DNA of 64,000 nt from the IMG/VR virus record IMGVR_UViG_3300042880_000420, positions 45,033-109,032 of that record; one strand, 5' to 3'. Positions within the stretch are counted from its first letter, which is position 1. Each line of letters starts with the position of its first letter. Origin of the DNA: a virus. Both the position numbers and the translations under genes were made by a program. A model generated the notes under the pieces. The model worked only from the letters and a program-made list of their open reading frames with translations. It was not told where the DNA came from and ran no database searches. Positions 40,732 through 51,386 of the stretch are shown here, piece by piece.

Positions 40732-40896
40732 TTACTTGACTTTTTTTAATTTTGGATTAGCTTTTTTAGCAGCAGGAGATGCGTTTCTAGTTGCAGAAGC
40801 TAAAATAGCTCCAGCGGCTTCTTTACTTACTCCTTGTTTTTTTGCAATTTGAGATTGCACTGCTTTAAATCCAGGATGTGCTTTAGACTTTGCCAT
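40732..40896 (-). CDS. 54-aa basic Ala/Lys-rich protein, absent from the ORF track
   Basis: MAKSKAHPGFKAVQSQIAKKQGVSKEAAGAILASATRNASPAAKKANPKLKKVK; A-rich leader. Confidence 0.75.
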   Translation of the reverse strand: MAKSKAHPGFKAVQSQIAKKQGVSKEAAGAILASATRNASPAAKKANPKLKKVK

Positions 40897-40918
40897 TTTG
40901 TATTTAATTTATTAGTTA

Positions 40919-41932
40919 TTAATTCCAGAATTTTTCTACTTCAGTTTGTACTTGAATTAAGATTTGTTCATTTAAAGGGTTTTTCAAGAATTCCACTGCA
41001 TCGGTTGAATTTCTACCCATCATAACTGAACTAGGAAGATGGTATACAAACCCATCAGCTTTCGTTGCTATAATTTTATAATAAATAGCATCCTTCACTA
41101 TAGCTTTGAGTTTTAATGTTTCCATATCTAATCTAGAAACATCTAAAAACATTTGTGCTGTTTTTCTTTTATCCTTATCTACAAGTTCTCCAGAAATGTA
41201 TTTATCCATATTATCATAGACAACATCATTAGGAGTTGACTTCTTATATTGTGCACTGTTAATATCTAACACTTTAGCAACATAAAGAAGCTTGTTTTGA
41301 TTTTTATCAAAGAGTTTTTGTAATTCAGCTGCTGCTTTATTACGCAACTTTTTAAGTTCTGTATTAGTAGATGCTGTTTCTTCCAGTCTATCTAAATAAA
41401 ACTTAGGTGGTTTATTCATTGTTTTTGCACCATCAAGAGATTTTGCAATCATACTAAATCCACCATTTTCAATAGCATAAAGTTTAATAAGATCATAAGG
41501 ATCTCTTTCTGGATCAAGAAATACAGGTTCATTACCACATCTTAATTTAATTTTGTCCCAAAAATCAGAATTATCAGGACGCAACAATTTGATTTTGTTC
41601 CAAAATTCAGAATCATTAGGATCTACTACATTAGAATTCAATTGTCTTTCTAATTGACTAACAATCATTCTAATTTGTTTAATTTTAGCCTCTTTTTCTT
41701 CTGTAGAATAATCAAGAAGTTCTGGAGCAAACTCATTAAGACCTGTTACATATCTTTTAATTCCATTAATTTCAAGACAAGCTATTTGTTCTTCATGAAA
41801 AACATTGTCAAAAAGAGCTAGTCCGTAATTTTGCAATCCCATGTTGTCAACCTTAGAATCAAAATAAGGTTTAATTGCAATTTTAGATTTTTTGTTTTGT
41901 GGATACTTTTCCACAATAGTCATTGTACTCAT
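40919..41932 (-). CDS. Conserved crAss-like structural protein downstream of MCP (portal-vertex auxiliary-like, 337 aa)
   Basis: RYVTGL...FW...FLKNPLNEQIL; gene order. Confidence 0.6.
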   Translation of the reverse strand: MSTMTIVEKYPQNKKSKIAIKPYFDSKVDNMGLQNYGLALFDNVFHEEQIACLEINGIKRYVTGLNEFAPELLDYSTEEKEAKIKQIRMIVSQLERQLNSNVVDPNDSEFWNKIKLLRPDNSDFWDKIKLRCGNEPVFLDPERDPYDLIKLYAIENGGFSMIAKSLDGAKTMNKPPKFYLDRLEETASTNTELKKLRNKAAAELQKLFDKNQNKLLYVAKVLDINSAQYKKSTPNDVVYDNMDKYISGELVDKDKRKTAQMFLDVSRLDMETLKLKAIVKDAIYYKIIATKADGFVYHLPSSVMMGRNSTDAVEFLKNPLNEQILIQVQTEVEKFWN

Positions 41933-41956
41933 GTTTGGTTTTGGTTTGGTGAGTTG

Positions 41957-42003
41957 TTCCCAACGAAGGCTGCCAGACTTCTAAAATAGGCGTATGTTGG
42001 GAA
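41957..42003 (-). promoter_or_regulatory. Structured 5'-UTR element
   Basis: TTCCCAAC/GTTGGGAA outer stem enclosing a GAAG/CTTC inner hairpin. Confidence 0.45.
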
Positions 42004-42092
42004 GTTCGAAGATAAATCTTTAAACTGTTAAATTATTGCAAATTAAATTGTAAATGTTTCATTGTAAAATTTTATTTGCAGTTAATAGAAAA

Positions 42093-42629
42093 TTAAGAAA
42101 CTCTAGTTACTGTAAAACTAGCATTAGCTAATACCACAGAAGCAGTTGCGTTTGATACTTGTTGTGCAAACATAACTGTTAAAGTACCAGGATTTGCTAC
42201 AACTACAGTTCCTTCAATAACAATTAAAGTATGTGCAGCAGCAGCTCCACCAATTGTAGTACCTGGTGTAGCAGTTGTAGAAGATGAAACAGCAACAGCA
42301 GATGCGATATAATATAAAGCTGTAGCATTAATACTTGTCCAAGTACTTGTTCCTCCAATAGCAACCTTTGAACCAGGAGTTGCATTAACTGTTACAGGTA
42401 ATACAGCTCTAAAACTATACACACCACCTGCTTCTACATTTTTAGAAAGCTCAGTTACATTTGCAAATACAGTGTTACTAGTTACACTAAATGCAGATGT
42501 TGTAGACATTGTATCTGGTATATACTTAAGAAGATAATTTAAATGACCAAATTTAGCCAATGCCATGTCTTCTTCTTTTTTCAAAAACGGATCGTCTGAT
42601 TTAGGAAAAAATTTATTTAAAAGTATCAT
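42093..42629 (-). CDS. Putative head decoration/fibre protein (178 aa)
   Basis: N-terminal LAKFGHLN plus C-terminal beta-sandwich (GTLTVMFAQ); directly after MCP. Confidence 0.5.
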   Translation of the reverse strand: MILLNKFFPKSDDPFLKKEEDMALAKFGHLNYLLKYIPDTMSTTSAFSVTSNTVFANVTELSKNVEAGGVYSFRAVLPVTVNATPGSKVAIGGTSTWTSINATALYYIASAVAVSSSTTATPGTTIGGAAAAHTLIVIEGTVVVANPGTLTVMFAQQVSNATASVVLANASFTVTRVS

Positions 42630-42674
42630 TTTATTTTTTATTTATTATGTTATTAAAAATTGTTTATGGTTATT

Positions 42675-42706
42675 AGAAAGATGTTAGCTAAAACTAACAT
42701 CTTTCT
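42675..42706. terminator. Hairpin downstream of MCP
   Basis: AGAAAGATGTTAG-CTAAAA-CTAACATCTTTCT, perfect 13-bp stem. Confidence 0.7.
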
Positions 42707-42760
42707 GTTTAAACCTATCATTTAATTTAGATTTTTATTAAAATCCAAATATATTTATAA

Positions 42761-44404
42761 TTAGAACGATGATCCAGTAATTGGATTACGCATCACAATT
42801 TTCAACACTTTTGTAGGATCTTTCACCCAAATTGCTGGCATTGTCTGAGACATCATTACACGGTATCCATTAAAGTTACCAGAACTTTGGAATCCTTGTG
42901 TACGACCCATATAATCCATGGTACCATTTTGATAGAACCATTTCAATTGATTATCCCAGCTTAATTTCAACAAGAAGATGTTGTCATTAGTGTTATCTGT
43001 AATATCAAAGATGATAAAGTTATAAGATGATAATGGGAAACCGTCAATTAATGGATTCTCAATATCATTTGTGTGTACATTATCAAAAGCAGGATTCAAC
43101 ACAAACTTAACATTTGCTAAGAAAGGAATTACATACTGAGTGTAAGCAAATCCAAAGTTAAGATCCATACCTTGACCGGTAATAGCACCAACCTCACGTG
43201 CATTAATAACCATACCAGATGCAACAGCTTCTTTCTTAATAGCTTCATTAATCATCTTCATACCACCCATACCAGTTTGTACTACAAGACTGCGTTGAGG
43301 ATCAGGTCCTTTAAATTCAACCTTACCATTAAAGAAGTTAAATATTTCAGCACGGAACAAATCAAGTGTAAAGCTAGATTTATTGTAAATGCGTTTATAA
43401 GAATTATCAAGTTGTTTCCAAAGACCTACAGACAAACGAATATCATCTGGACCATCTTGTTTCAAACGACCACCTTGACCCCACATAAGGTAAGTTTCAA
43501 TGTCATTAGCAATCTTAGAAAGATGTGCAGCTTCCAAAGTTGTTAAGAATGTACGAGAAAGTTGACCATTTTGGTATGCTTTTTTAACATAATCAGGTCC
43601 CATTTTCTCAGCCATTTTTTCAAGAGAAGTGATTGATGGATCCATTGACTTGTCAAAGTTGCGCCACAATTCAATTACTGGAACTGTACCATCAGCTTTC
43701 ATACCACCTTTCATCATCATGTCAGCTTTAGAGCTAATAGAATAATGAACGTGAGCTTCAGCACCTCCTACAAAGTTGTAGAATTCACGGAAACCACTGC
43801 GAACTTCTCCAATATCAGAGAATCTTTCTCCATATTCTCCACGTGCAGAACCTTTACGAAACACTTTAGATCCAATTTTAAAAGGATTAGCAGTGTTGCA
43901 AATAATAGCTTTAGTGCTATCATTGTTTACAATTTGTACAGTGTAAACAAAAGAATCACCAGCTGGAACAATATCATCAGCAGTGATATAAAGTTCTACA
44001 CCATTATATTTGTCATAAGTGATAATATCACCGTGACCAAATACACGTCTGTTAAGACGAATTTTAAATGTAGTACCATCAACACCATAAGCAGTGCTTG
44101 CGCTACCACCATTGGTAATGTTTACTTCTTCAGTAAGGTAAGGCAAATCTTGAGCTACAGGAACTTGCCACTTATACTCACCGCGAGCATTATCTACCAT
44201 AATTACATTTTTACCACCAAATGAAGACATTTGATAGAGGGGCATTTCTACTTTTTGTGTCATTGCCCAAAGGTCTACTGGACCAAGGTCCATAGGTTCT
44301 GCTGATTTCAGCATGTTAGTCATATGGTATGAATCTACATGAGAACTAGTTTTGTAGTTATTATCACGCAGGAATATACCATTGTTTAAAACTGGTGTTG
44401 CCAT
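42761..44404 (-). CDS. Major capsid protein (crAss-like, 547 aa)
   Basis: Gene order portal-scaffold-MCP; LMWGQGG, GLWKQL, VQTGMGG, IWVKDPT; high-expression codon bias. Confidence 0.88.
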   Translation of the reverse strand: MATPVLNNGIFLRDNNYKTSSHVDSYHMTNMLKSAEPMDLGPVDLWAMTQKVEMPLYQMSSFGGKNVIMVDNARGEYKWQVPVAQDLPYLTEEVNITNGGSASTAYGVDGTTFKIRLNRRVFGHGDIITYDKYNGVELYITADDIVPAGDSFVYTVQIVNNDSTKAIICNTANPFKIGSKVFRKGSARGEYGERFSDIGEVRSGFREFYNFVGGAEAHVHYSISSKADMMMKGGMKADGTVPVIELWRNFDKSMDPSITSLEKMAEKMGPDYVKKAYQNGQLSRTFLTTLEAAHLSKIANDIETYLMWGQGGRLKQDGPDDIRLSVGLWKQLDNSYKRIYNKSSFTLDLFRAEIFNFFNGKVEFKGPDPQRSLVVQTGMGGMKMINEAIKKEAVASGMVINAREVGAITGQGMDLNFGFAYTQYVIPFLANVKFVLNPAFDNVHTNDIENPLIDGFPLSSYNFIIFDITDNTNDNIFLLKLSWDNQLKWFYQNGTMDYMGRTQGFQSSGNFNGYRVMMSQTMPAIWVKDPTKVLKIVMRNPITGSSF

Positions 44405-44449
44405 TGTTTTTTAAATTTAGAGTTAATAATTATTGATTAAAAATTTTTA

Positions 44450-45682
44450 TTATCGTTTAAAAATATTTGTTTGTCTAGGAATTTTTCTAACCTGTTCACT
44501 TTGCGATGTATTCACAGAAGATGTAGCTTTGTTTCTTGATTGTTCAGTTTTAAGTTGTCGTACAGTTTGTTCTACCGCTTGGTTCTTACCTTGCTTCATC
44601 AATGAAGATCTATAATCATCAGGATTAGAAAGTAACCACAAAGCTTCTGCTATAAGATCGTATCTTGGTTCCACATATTGGTATTTTTCCAATAAGTGTC
44701 CTAAAAGATTTGTAGGATTACCATTTATAGAAGGATATTGAGGTTGTGTTAATCCGTTATATAAGAATGACTGCACCTTTTTATCAAGTTTTACGCCCCC
44801 CAATTCACCTTGTCTTAATGTTTCAAAAACATTTTGTACATAAGCATCAGCGGCTTGTTCTTGCTGTTTTCTCATTATTTCTTGCTCTGCAAGTTTAGAC
44901 TGAATCATCTCTTCTTGCATAGCATCCAACTTAGGTTTAAATTGCTTTGCTTTCTTTTCCAGTTGACCAAGATCTTTCCAGTTGTTTACTTCTTCTTCAA
45001 TTTCATCATTGTCACCAAAGTTGGTTGCTTGAAGATAAGAGCGTACAATTGATTCTTGATCACCGTCTGATTCAGGATTTAATTCTCTCACCTGCTCTAC
45101 TTTAGCTAATGCTTGAAATAATCCTTTAAGATCTTGTCCTCCATCTGCTACATATTTAGCAGCATACTGAAGTTCTTCCGGAAGACTTTCAAAAAACTCA
45201 GCAGGTGTGTGAGAAGCTATTTCATTTTTTATATTAGAAATATTAGCTTGCCAAAGCTCATCCAAATCTTTTTCATTCAAAGAACTAATATAGTCGTCTA
45301 AAGTTTGTTTCTCTTCATCATAGTCGTCAAAAGCAAACATTTCCTTAGACTCAATTCTTTTTTTAAGAAAGCCTACAAGAGATGATTTTTCTGTTTTAGG
45401 TCTTCCTCTCTGTACTGTTTCTTCTTCTGAAGAACTATCATTTACAATTTCTTCATCTACAATACTTTCAATTACATCTGTTTGGCTAGGTTGTTCTGGT
45501 TCGTCCAAAAAAGAAACATCTGTTTGTGAACTAGCAAAAATATTAGGTTTTTCCTCTGTTTCTTTTGTAGAAGAAGCTGAGGTCATGACACTATCCGCTC
45601 CAGGTGCACCAATCCAGCTGTCTATATCAAGATCTACTTGGTTAACAGATGTTATATCTGTTGGGTTGTTGTTGGTTTCCAT
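44450..45682 (-). CDS. Acidic scaffold-like protein (410 aa)
   Basis: Acidic N-terminus and coiled coil; between portal and MCP. Confidence 0.65.
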   Translation of the reverse strand: METNNNPTDITSVNQVDLDIDSWIGAPGADSVMTSASSTKETEEKPNIFASSQTDVSFLDEPEQPSQTDVIESIVDEEIVNDSSSEEETVQRGRPKTEKSSLVGFLKKRIESKEMFAFDDYDEEKQTLDDYISSLNEKDLDELWQANISNIKNEIASHTPAEFFESLPEELQYAAKYVADGGQDLKGLFQALAKVEQVRELNPESDGDQESIVRSYLQATNFGDNDEIEEEVNNWKDLGQLEKKAKQFKPKLDAMQEEMIQSKLAEQEIMRKQQEQAADAYVQNVFETLRQGELGGVKLDKKVQSFLYNGLTQPQYPSINGNPTNLLGHLLEKYQYVEPRYDLIAEALWLLSNPDDYRSSLMKQGKNQAVEQTVRQLKTEQSRNKATSSVNTSQSEQVRKIPRQTNIFKR

Positions 45683-45862
45683 GTTAATTATTGGTTTTAA
45701 TTACATTATTAATATACGAATTAAACTCTAAAGATTTATAACAAAATGTTTTTGTCATATTTTGTTTCGGATAATAAGGCTATAATTTTTAAATGTTGTT
45801 TAATACTTTTAATATATCTTTTAAAACAAGAACGTAATTTACTTTACAAATAATTAAAAGCA

Positions 45863-48607
45863 TTATTTTTTATTTTTATCTGCTTTAATTTCAAATTGTG
45901 TTCTATTTGTTCGAGCTATTTCTAATTGTTTATTAGCAATATCCTGTTGAGTTTGAATTTTTTCTCTCTCAATATCTAGCTTTTGTTCATTAAATCTTGT
46001 TTTATTTACTTCTTGTTCACGTTTAAGATTGCTAGTATCTGTATAATTTTGTTGTTGTTGAATTTTAGCAAGAGCATCTTGATAATCAGACATAGCATTT
46101 TGGTTAATGTCTTGTGTTGCACCATATCCAGCAGCTCTAATTTCAGCTTCAACAATTCTTGCTTGTCTATCCTTGTCTTTTTCTTCAGCAATAAATTGTT
46201 GTTTCATCATCTCTTGTTGTTGAAGAGCTTCTTGTTGTTTTTGCTGCATTTCTTGCTCATGTTGCTGCTGTTGTTGTCTGATGCTATTAGCTTTCTCTTC
46301 AGTTTTTTTCAAAACATTTGTAAGTTCTGCAATAGATTCAGATTTAATAACGTTTCCAAGATCATAAATACTAGCACCTGTAGTGTTATTATTTAATGCT
46401 AAAGATTTAAGCTGTTCCATTACAGCTCTAGAATTAGTTTTAGTAGTGCAAAATATGTTAAGATCACGCATCAAAAGATCTGTACCATTAATTTGAAAAT
46501 TAACCTTTTCATCCGCAGATGTAACATATTGAAGACGCACCGAGGGTTTTGTAGAATTATAATATTGAGCTAGTTCTGTTCTCATCTGATGTACTCTAGG
46601 CATCAAATTGTCACTATGCTGTACAAAATACACTTCTGTTTGATTGTAAGAAGCATTTAAAGCTTGTTCTACACCTGTTGCAGTTTGTTGTGCAATTTGT
46701 TGTCCCATTCGCTGAGGATTAACACCAATTACCTCAAATGCTTGAGTTTTAAAATAGTTAGCTAAATTAATCCTAGACATTAAACGCTGTGTTTGTTCTA
46801 AATTTAACACCTGATAGTGTTGAAAATTAAGAGCATTTTCAGTGTTAGTTATAGATGTATCTAAAGGTAACATCTGGAAGTTTTTCATAGCAACATATGC
46901 ATTTGCTAAATTGTTCTTTCCCCAATCTTCTCCCATTGAATGTCTGGGTAGGGCGTTCTGATCAAACATAATAACTGTACCTAACTCATCTATTAATATA
47001 TCAGCTATTTGATTGTTAACTATATTATAACCTATTTGAAAAGGTTTCATAAGATCCACCATAGATACAGAACGTGTATTTCTATCTGAAAATACAGCTC
47101 CCTCTACAGGAGGTTTGCAACCATAAAGAGTTGTATCTCCTTTAAATTGGAATGGAATTTTACCCGGTTTACCACCATTTAGTCCAAGATATATTGGATT
47201 AAAACCACCTGGATTATTCATACCCCAAAAAGAAGGTCTATTTGGTCCTATTTTTATACCACCCCAAACTTCATTAATCCAAATCCAATCTATATGTTCT
47301 CCAAATACTAAATTGTCTTTTGTTTTTTCTTTATATAAGCTAGTATCATACAGAGGTTTGTCAGTAATTTTGTAGTTTTCAGCTACAATATCTTGTATCA
47401 TTTCACCTAATTCTGTAATCTTTGTAAGGTGTCCCACTCTACGTTGTGACTTCCAATATACAGTAGTGCAACGCAACAAATGTGCATTACCCCAATCAAA
47501 AAGATCTTCTGACTCATTTAATATAGATTGAATAACATCACCACTCCATTTTGTATTGTCATATGTACTCATAAACTGTCTATATGCAAGACCTGGCATC
47601 TGAGTATTCCAATCATGAGATCTTGTTGGATCATAATAAGATCCATCATTTTGCATACCTGGAAGTGCATATCCAGCAGATCTTACAGGATAAATAACCT
47701 CTAAAGCTTTAAGTTGCTCTTCATTCATCATCCACCCAAACTTATCTATAACATCTGCTACAGTAAGTAAATCAAGCATTCCTATCCAATGAGCTTCAGA
47801 TATGTAACGAGCAGAAGCAGACTTATGATAGAAAACTTGTACAGGATTCCAAAGCTCAATTTCATAATCATCATCCATCATTCTAAAATGCCAAAATTCT
47901 CTATCTGTAATTAACATGTCACGAAATGCTCTTTCTTCCAATTCATCCATGTGAAATCTTTCTACATCTACTTGATGTTGGTGCGTAGCCCAACTTTCAT
48001 ATAGATTTCTGTAGTCTTTTTTAAAAAAGCTTTCAATTTCTGGTAATGATTTTAATTTATCAGGAGACATTTCTTGTTGAAATTCTTCAGATTGAGGGTC
48101 CATTCCCATATTAATAAGCTTGTTCATCATTTTAGCTTGTGCTTTTTGCATAAGCACTTCTTCAATCATGTTCTTTTTTTCTTCTAACATTTCATTATAT
48201 GAAAGCTCATCCACCGTTCTAAACATAATTTTAGAAGCTCTCTTACTAAATTCAGAACATAAGACATTAATTACATTAGGTATAATAGGGTAGAATTTAA
48301 GTTCTAATGCTGTCTTATCTTCTTTAGTTAGCATATCAATAAGCTCACCATTAGGGTTATCTTCTTCAACTATATAATCTGTTTTATCGATAATACCCTT
48401 TGCTAATTTATAATTTTTAAGTAAACGTACAGCATTACGTCTAAGTTGACGCATACCCTGCCACTCTAACCAGTCTAAATTCCATGCTCTCCACTCATCA
48501 TCCTTTTCAGCTTCTGGTAGAAATTGTACAGGTTGCATAAGGCTCCCCATTTTATTGTACTCAACTTTCTTGCCTGCCTTGAGGTCAAGTGCATTATATA
48601 TTTGCAT
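45863..48607 (-). CDS. Portal protein (914 aa)
   Basis: YPIIPNVINVL.SEF.KR; SMVDLMKPFQI.YNIVNNQ; IGVNPQRMGQ; Gln-rich C-terminal coiled coil; adjacent to terL. Confidence 0.88.
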   Translation of the reverse strand: MQIYNALDLKAGKKVEYNKMGSLMQPVQFLPEAEKDDEWRAWNLDWLEWQGMRQLRRNAVRLLKNYKLAKGIIDKTDYIVEEDNPNGELIDMLTKEDKTALELKFYPIIPNVINVLCSEFSKRASKIMFRTVDELSYNEMLEEKKNMIEEVLMQKAQAKMMNKLINMGMDPQSEEFQQEMSPDKLKSLPEIESFFKKDYRNLYESWATHQHQVDVERFHMDELEERAFRDMLITDREFWHFRMMDDDYEIELWNPVQVFYHKSASARYISEAHWIGMLDLLTVADVIDKFGWMMNEEQLKALEVIYPVRSAGYALPGMQNDGSYYDPTRSHDWNTQMPGLAYRQFMSTYDNTKWSGDVIQSILNESEDLFDWGNAHLLRCTTVYWKSQRRVGHLTKITELGEMIQDIVAENYKITDKPLYDTSLYKEKTKDNLVFGEHIDWIWINEVWGGIKIGPNRPSFWGMNNPGGFNPIYLGLNGGKPGKIPFQFKGDTTLYGCKPPVEGAVFSDRNTRSVSMVDLMKPFQIGYNIVNNQIADILIDELGTVIMFDQNALPRHSMGEDWGKNNLANAYVAMKNFQMLPLDTSITNTENALNFQHYQVLNLEQTQRLMSRINLANYFKTQAFEVIGVNPQRMGQQIAQQTATGVEQALNASYNQTEVYFVQHSDNLMPRVHQMRTELAQYYNSTKPSVRLQYVTSADEKVNFQINGTDLLMRDLNIFCTTKTNSRAVMEQLKSLALNNNTTGASIYDLGNVIKSESIAELTNVLKKTEEKANSIRQQQQQHEQEMQQKQQEALQQQEMMKQQFIAEEKDKDRQARIVEAEIRAAGYGATQDINQNAMSDYQDALAKIQQQQNYTDTSNLKREQEVNKTRFNEQKLDIEREKIQTQQDIANKQLEIARTNRTQFEIKADKNKK

Positions 48608-48618
48608 TTTTTATATAT

Positions 48619-48882
48619 TTAAATTATATTACTAACAGTTGTTCCTTTTGGATAAAAAGCTGTTGTTGTTCCTGTTGTTGTAAATGAATCTCTTCCACAA
48701 TAAATTTCATATGGTTTTCTCCAATGAGGATCTACCCGTGGATTTGTATACGGAAGTTGAGAAGGAATGCGTTGTATTACAATCTTTTCTTCATTTTCTC
48801 CAATTAAAACCAAAGCTTCTTTTAAAGAAATTTTATTTTTTTTAATTAATTTCTCTAATAATTCTATTTTCTTATCTTCCAT
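48619..48882 (-). CDS. Hypothetical protein (87 aa)
   Basis: ORF track; fills the terL-portal gap. Confidence 0.55.
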   Translation of the reverse strand: MEDKKIELLEKLIKKNKISLKEALVLIGENEEKIVIQRIPSQLPYTNPRVDPHWRKPYEIYCGRDSFTTTGTTTAFYPKGTTVSNII

Positions 48883-48887
48883 TTTAT

Positions 48888-51113
48888 CTATCTTATGTTT
48901 TTAAAAGCATTTCTAGGGGGAGTATTTAAAGCATTTTTATTTAAACTTCCTGAGTTTATACCCATATGTCTAAATGGAGTCCTTACTGATAATTTACTTA
49001 ATTTTTGTGTATTTTCCAATTTATCATTTGCTATTTCTACTCTTGTAGCTTTACCCCTATTGTTTTGCTGTATTTGAGCAAATGCTACAAGGGAACAAAA
49101 TGAAACCAAACGGTCTACGTTTAAACCCGGTTGGTATTGTTTCATTTCTTCTAATAACATTATGTCGGGTATTCTTTCTACACCATAATGTATTTTTGTT
49201 ATTTCACCATCTTTATTTGTGTGAACATCTAATTCTTCTTGTAAGAATTGTATGCCATAACTTATAAGATGGGTTTTAAAAAGTGTTCCTGTATTTTTCC
49301 AGCCGTATGTAGCAAATACATTAGCATTACTGGACAATTCTTTAAGAAAAGGTATTTGATCTTTAGGAACCAAATATTTTTGTTTCCTTTTACTAATCAT
49401 ATACTGTATAAAAAGACTAACATTATTTTCAACTAATGTCCACGCATTATACCATTCGATGAGCATTTCTAGACGTTCATGTGTTTTTTGCAAATCATCA
49501 AATCTTCCACACCATGAAGCAACAATACCATCTCGCTCAAAATGTGAATTTACTTTACCATTTCCCTCATCCTTAATTACTTCAGTTGGATTTTTATAGA
49601 TAAATATGCTACATAATGAATCTGATGTGGTGGTCCTACCTTCCCCGACTGGATCTATAGAAGCATAATATGTTCCCCAAGGAACATTAGGAATTGGTCT
49701 TTCGTACACGCATATAACTCCAGATTTGTCTTCCATAGTTTTATCTATAGGAAATTTTTTAATAGGTTGTCTATTAGATTTTTTGGCTACAATTTTATTT
49801 TCCTCATTTATACTTAATTCGACATATTCTATAGGATAGTCTCCATCTTCTATACGTTTTATTTGATGTGAAATAAGATGGGGTGGAAATACAGATTCTT
49901 TTCTTGTAGCAAATGCCTCTTCAATATTAGTGGGTTTTTGAGAAATACGTAACTGGTATTGTTCAGGAGATAAGTCTTTTTTCCATTGTTTACGTTCTTC
50001 ATAAATAGCTTCAAGTGCATCATTAACTAAAGAGTTACCAGCTTTATCTATATAAGGAGGCATTGACCATTGTTCAGGAATAAATAATCCAGTTTCCCCT
50101 ATTGTACCATTGTTATCTATTAAATTGGATGTTATAGCAAACATACCATATTTATGAGGATAGAGTATCATTTCTTTAAGAGGTTGACATTGATCTAAAT
50201 CACCCACTGAACCAGCAGCTATAAATGTACCTGTTGTCACCATACCAGATTGCATTGCAGGACGCATAAACTCATAAGTGTCCATCATCTTGGGAGCAAT
50301 TCCAGCTTCTTCATGAAAGAAGTACGATACGGGTCCTCCCACGCCATTAGTTGGGTCTTTTTCAAATGATGTACCTGTAATAATAGACTTGTTACCCTTG
50401 TAAGTGTCTCTACCACCTGTTCTCACTTTAATACGTTGTTGCCAAGAAAACACCTTATCAGGTTCAGAAGGTCTATACCAAGCAGTGTGTTCATTAAGAA
50501 AGTTACGATATTCATTAAGCATCCTCCAAGAACCTTTCTCTGATATATAGTCTTTAAGACTAGCTCCTATTTTATTTACAGAACCTTCTTCAAACCAATA
50601 TTGATTAATCAATTTTCCCATATGAAAATATGAAGATGCTATCTGACGTTTCTTTAATATTGGGACATGTTTATAACTTAATTCTGCTAAAATCTCATAC
50701 AATGCCATATGATATTGAGCATCTCTCACTTTAGCAAAATCAAATCTTTTTTCTTCCTTATCATAAATAGGAAGAAAGTTAAGCCACATATAATAATCAC
50801 GTGTTAAATACCATGTTAATCCATCCTCTTTATAAATAACACCATTGCGACATTTTGCTTTTTCTTCATCCCAATAATTCATAAAGTCTTTTGACTTTAT
50901 TGGAGCATTACAGTAATATCCATCTTTTTGAAACTTTCTAGCTTGAGAATTAAATTCTATAGAAATATTTACGGTAAAATTATAACCTTCATTTGGACCA
51001 GCGTCTTTAAAAACAGAACGTACAAAATCTCTAATTTCTATTCTGTCTTTAAATTCTGTTGTTGTCCAAACACCATTTTCGTAAGTGGGTATTATGTAAT
51101 TAGTTTGATACAT
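48888..51113 (-). CDS. terL: Terminase large subunit
   Basis: LKKRQIASSY Walker A variant; FFHEEAG Walker B; nuclease YYASIDPV...SDSL; LVENN; NVDRLVS. Confidence 0.93.
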   Translation of the reverse strand: MYQTNYIIPTYENGVWTTTEFKDRIEIRDFVRSVFKDAGPNEGYNFTVNISIEFNSQARKFQKDGYYCNAPIKSKDFMNYWDEEKAKCRNGVIYKEDGLTWYLTRDYYMWLNFLPIYDKEEKRFDFAKVRDAQYHMALYEILAELSYKHVPILKKRQIASSYFHMGKLINQYWFEEGSVNKIGASLKDYISEKGSWRMLNEYRNFLNEHTAWYRPSEPDKVFSWQQRIKVRTGGRDTYKGNKSIITGTSFEKDPTNGVGGPVSYFFHEEAGIAPKMMDTYEFMRPAMQSGMVTTGTFIAAGSVGDLDQCQPLKEMILYPHKYGMFAITSNLIDNNGTIGETGLFIPEQWSMPPYIDKAGNSLVNDALEAIYEERKQWKKDLSPEQYQLRISQKPTNIEEAFATRKESVFPPHLISHQIKRIEDGDYPIEYVELSINEENKIVAKKSNRQPIKKFPIDKTMEDKSGVICVYERPIPNVPWGTYYASIDPVGEGRTTTSDSLCSIFIYKNPTEVIKDEGNGKVNSHFERDGIVASWCGRFDDLQKTHERLEMLIEWYNAWTLVENNVSLFIQYMISKRKQKYLVPKDQIPFLKELSSNANVFATYGWKNTGTLFKTHLISYGIQFLQEELDVHTNKDGEITKIHYGVERIPDIMLLEEMKQYQPGLNVDRLVSFCSLVAFAQIQQNNRGKATRVEIANDKLENTQKLSKLSVRTPFRHMGINSGSLNKNALNTPPRNAFKNIR

Positions 51114-51273
51114 TTTTAAGTTTAACTATTAGCTTTGAAATACTGGCATCGGTGTATACGTTGTCATATACTCCGTTAAAATATTCAATGTAGTGCTCAC
51201 GTAAAAAACCATTCCACTCTCTAGTGTAAGGGTTGAAGTTGAATACATATTGCTGTAAAAATTCATCTTTCAT
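51100..51273 (-). CDS. 57-aa hypothetical protein, absent from the ORF track
   Basis: MKDEFLQQYVFNFNPYTREWNGFLREHYIEYFNG...; overlaps the terL start. Confidence 0.65.
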   Translation of the reverse strand: MKDEFLQQYVFNFNPYTREWNGFLREHYIEYFNGVYDNVYTDASISKLIVKLKNVSN

Positions 51274-51386
51274 TTTTTAAAGTTTATTTTGTCTTTTGCA
51301 TACTAAATACGTAATGGTTATGTTGTTTTATTTAACAATCTGCAAATAGTTTCTATCATTAAACGCTTTATAGTTTTTACAATTCA

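Noticed and set aside
42761-51113. Introns or inteins in terL, portal or MCP
   Set aside because: ORFs are continuous and of normal size; no intein terminal motifs or embedded endonuclease noticed
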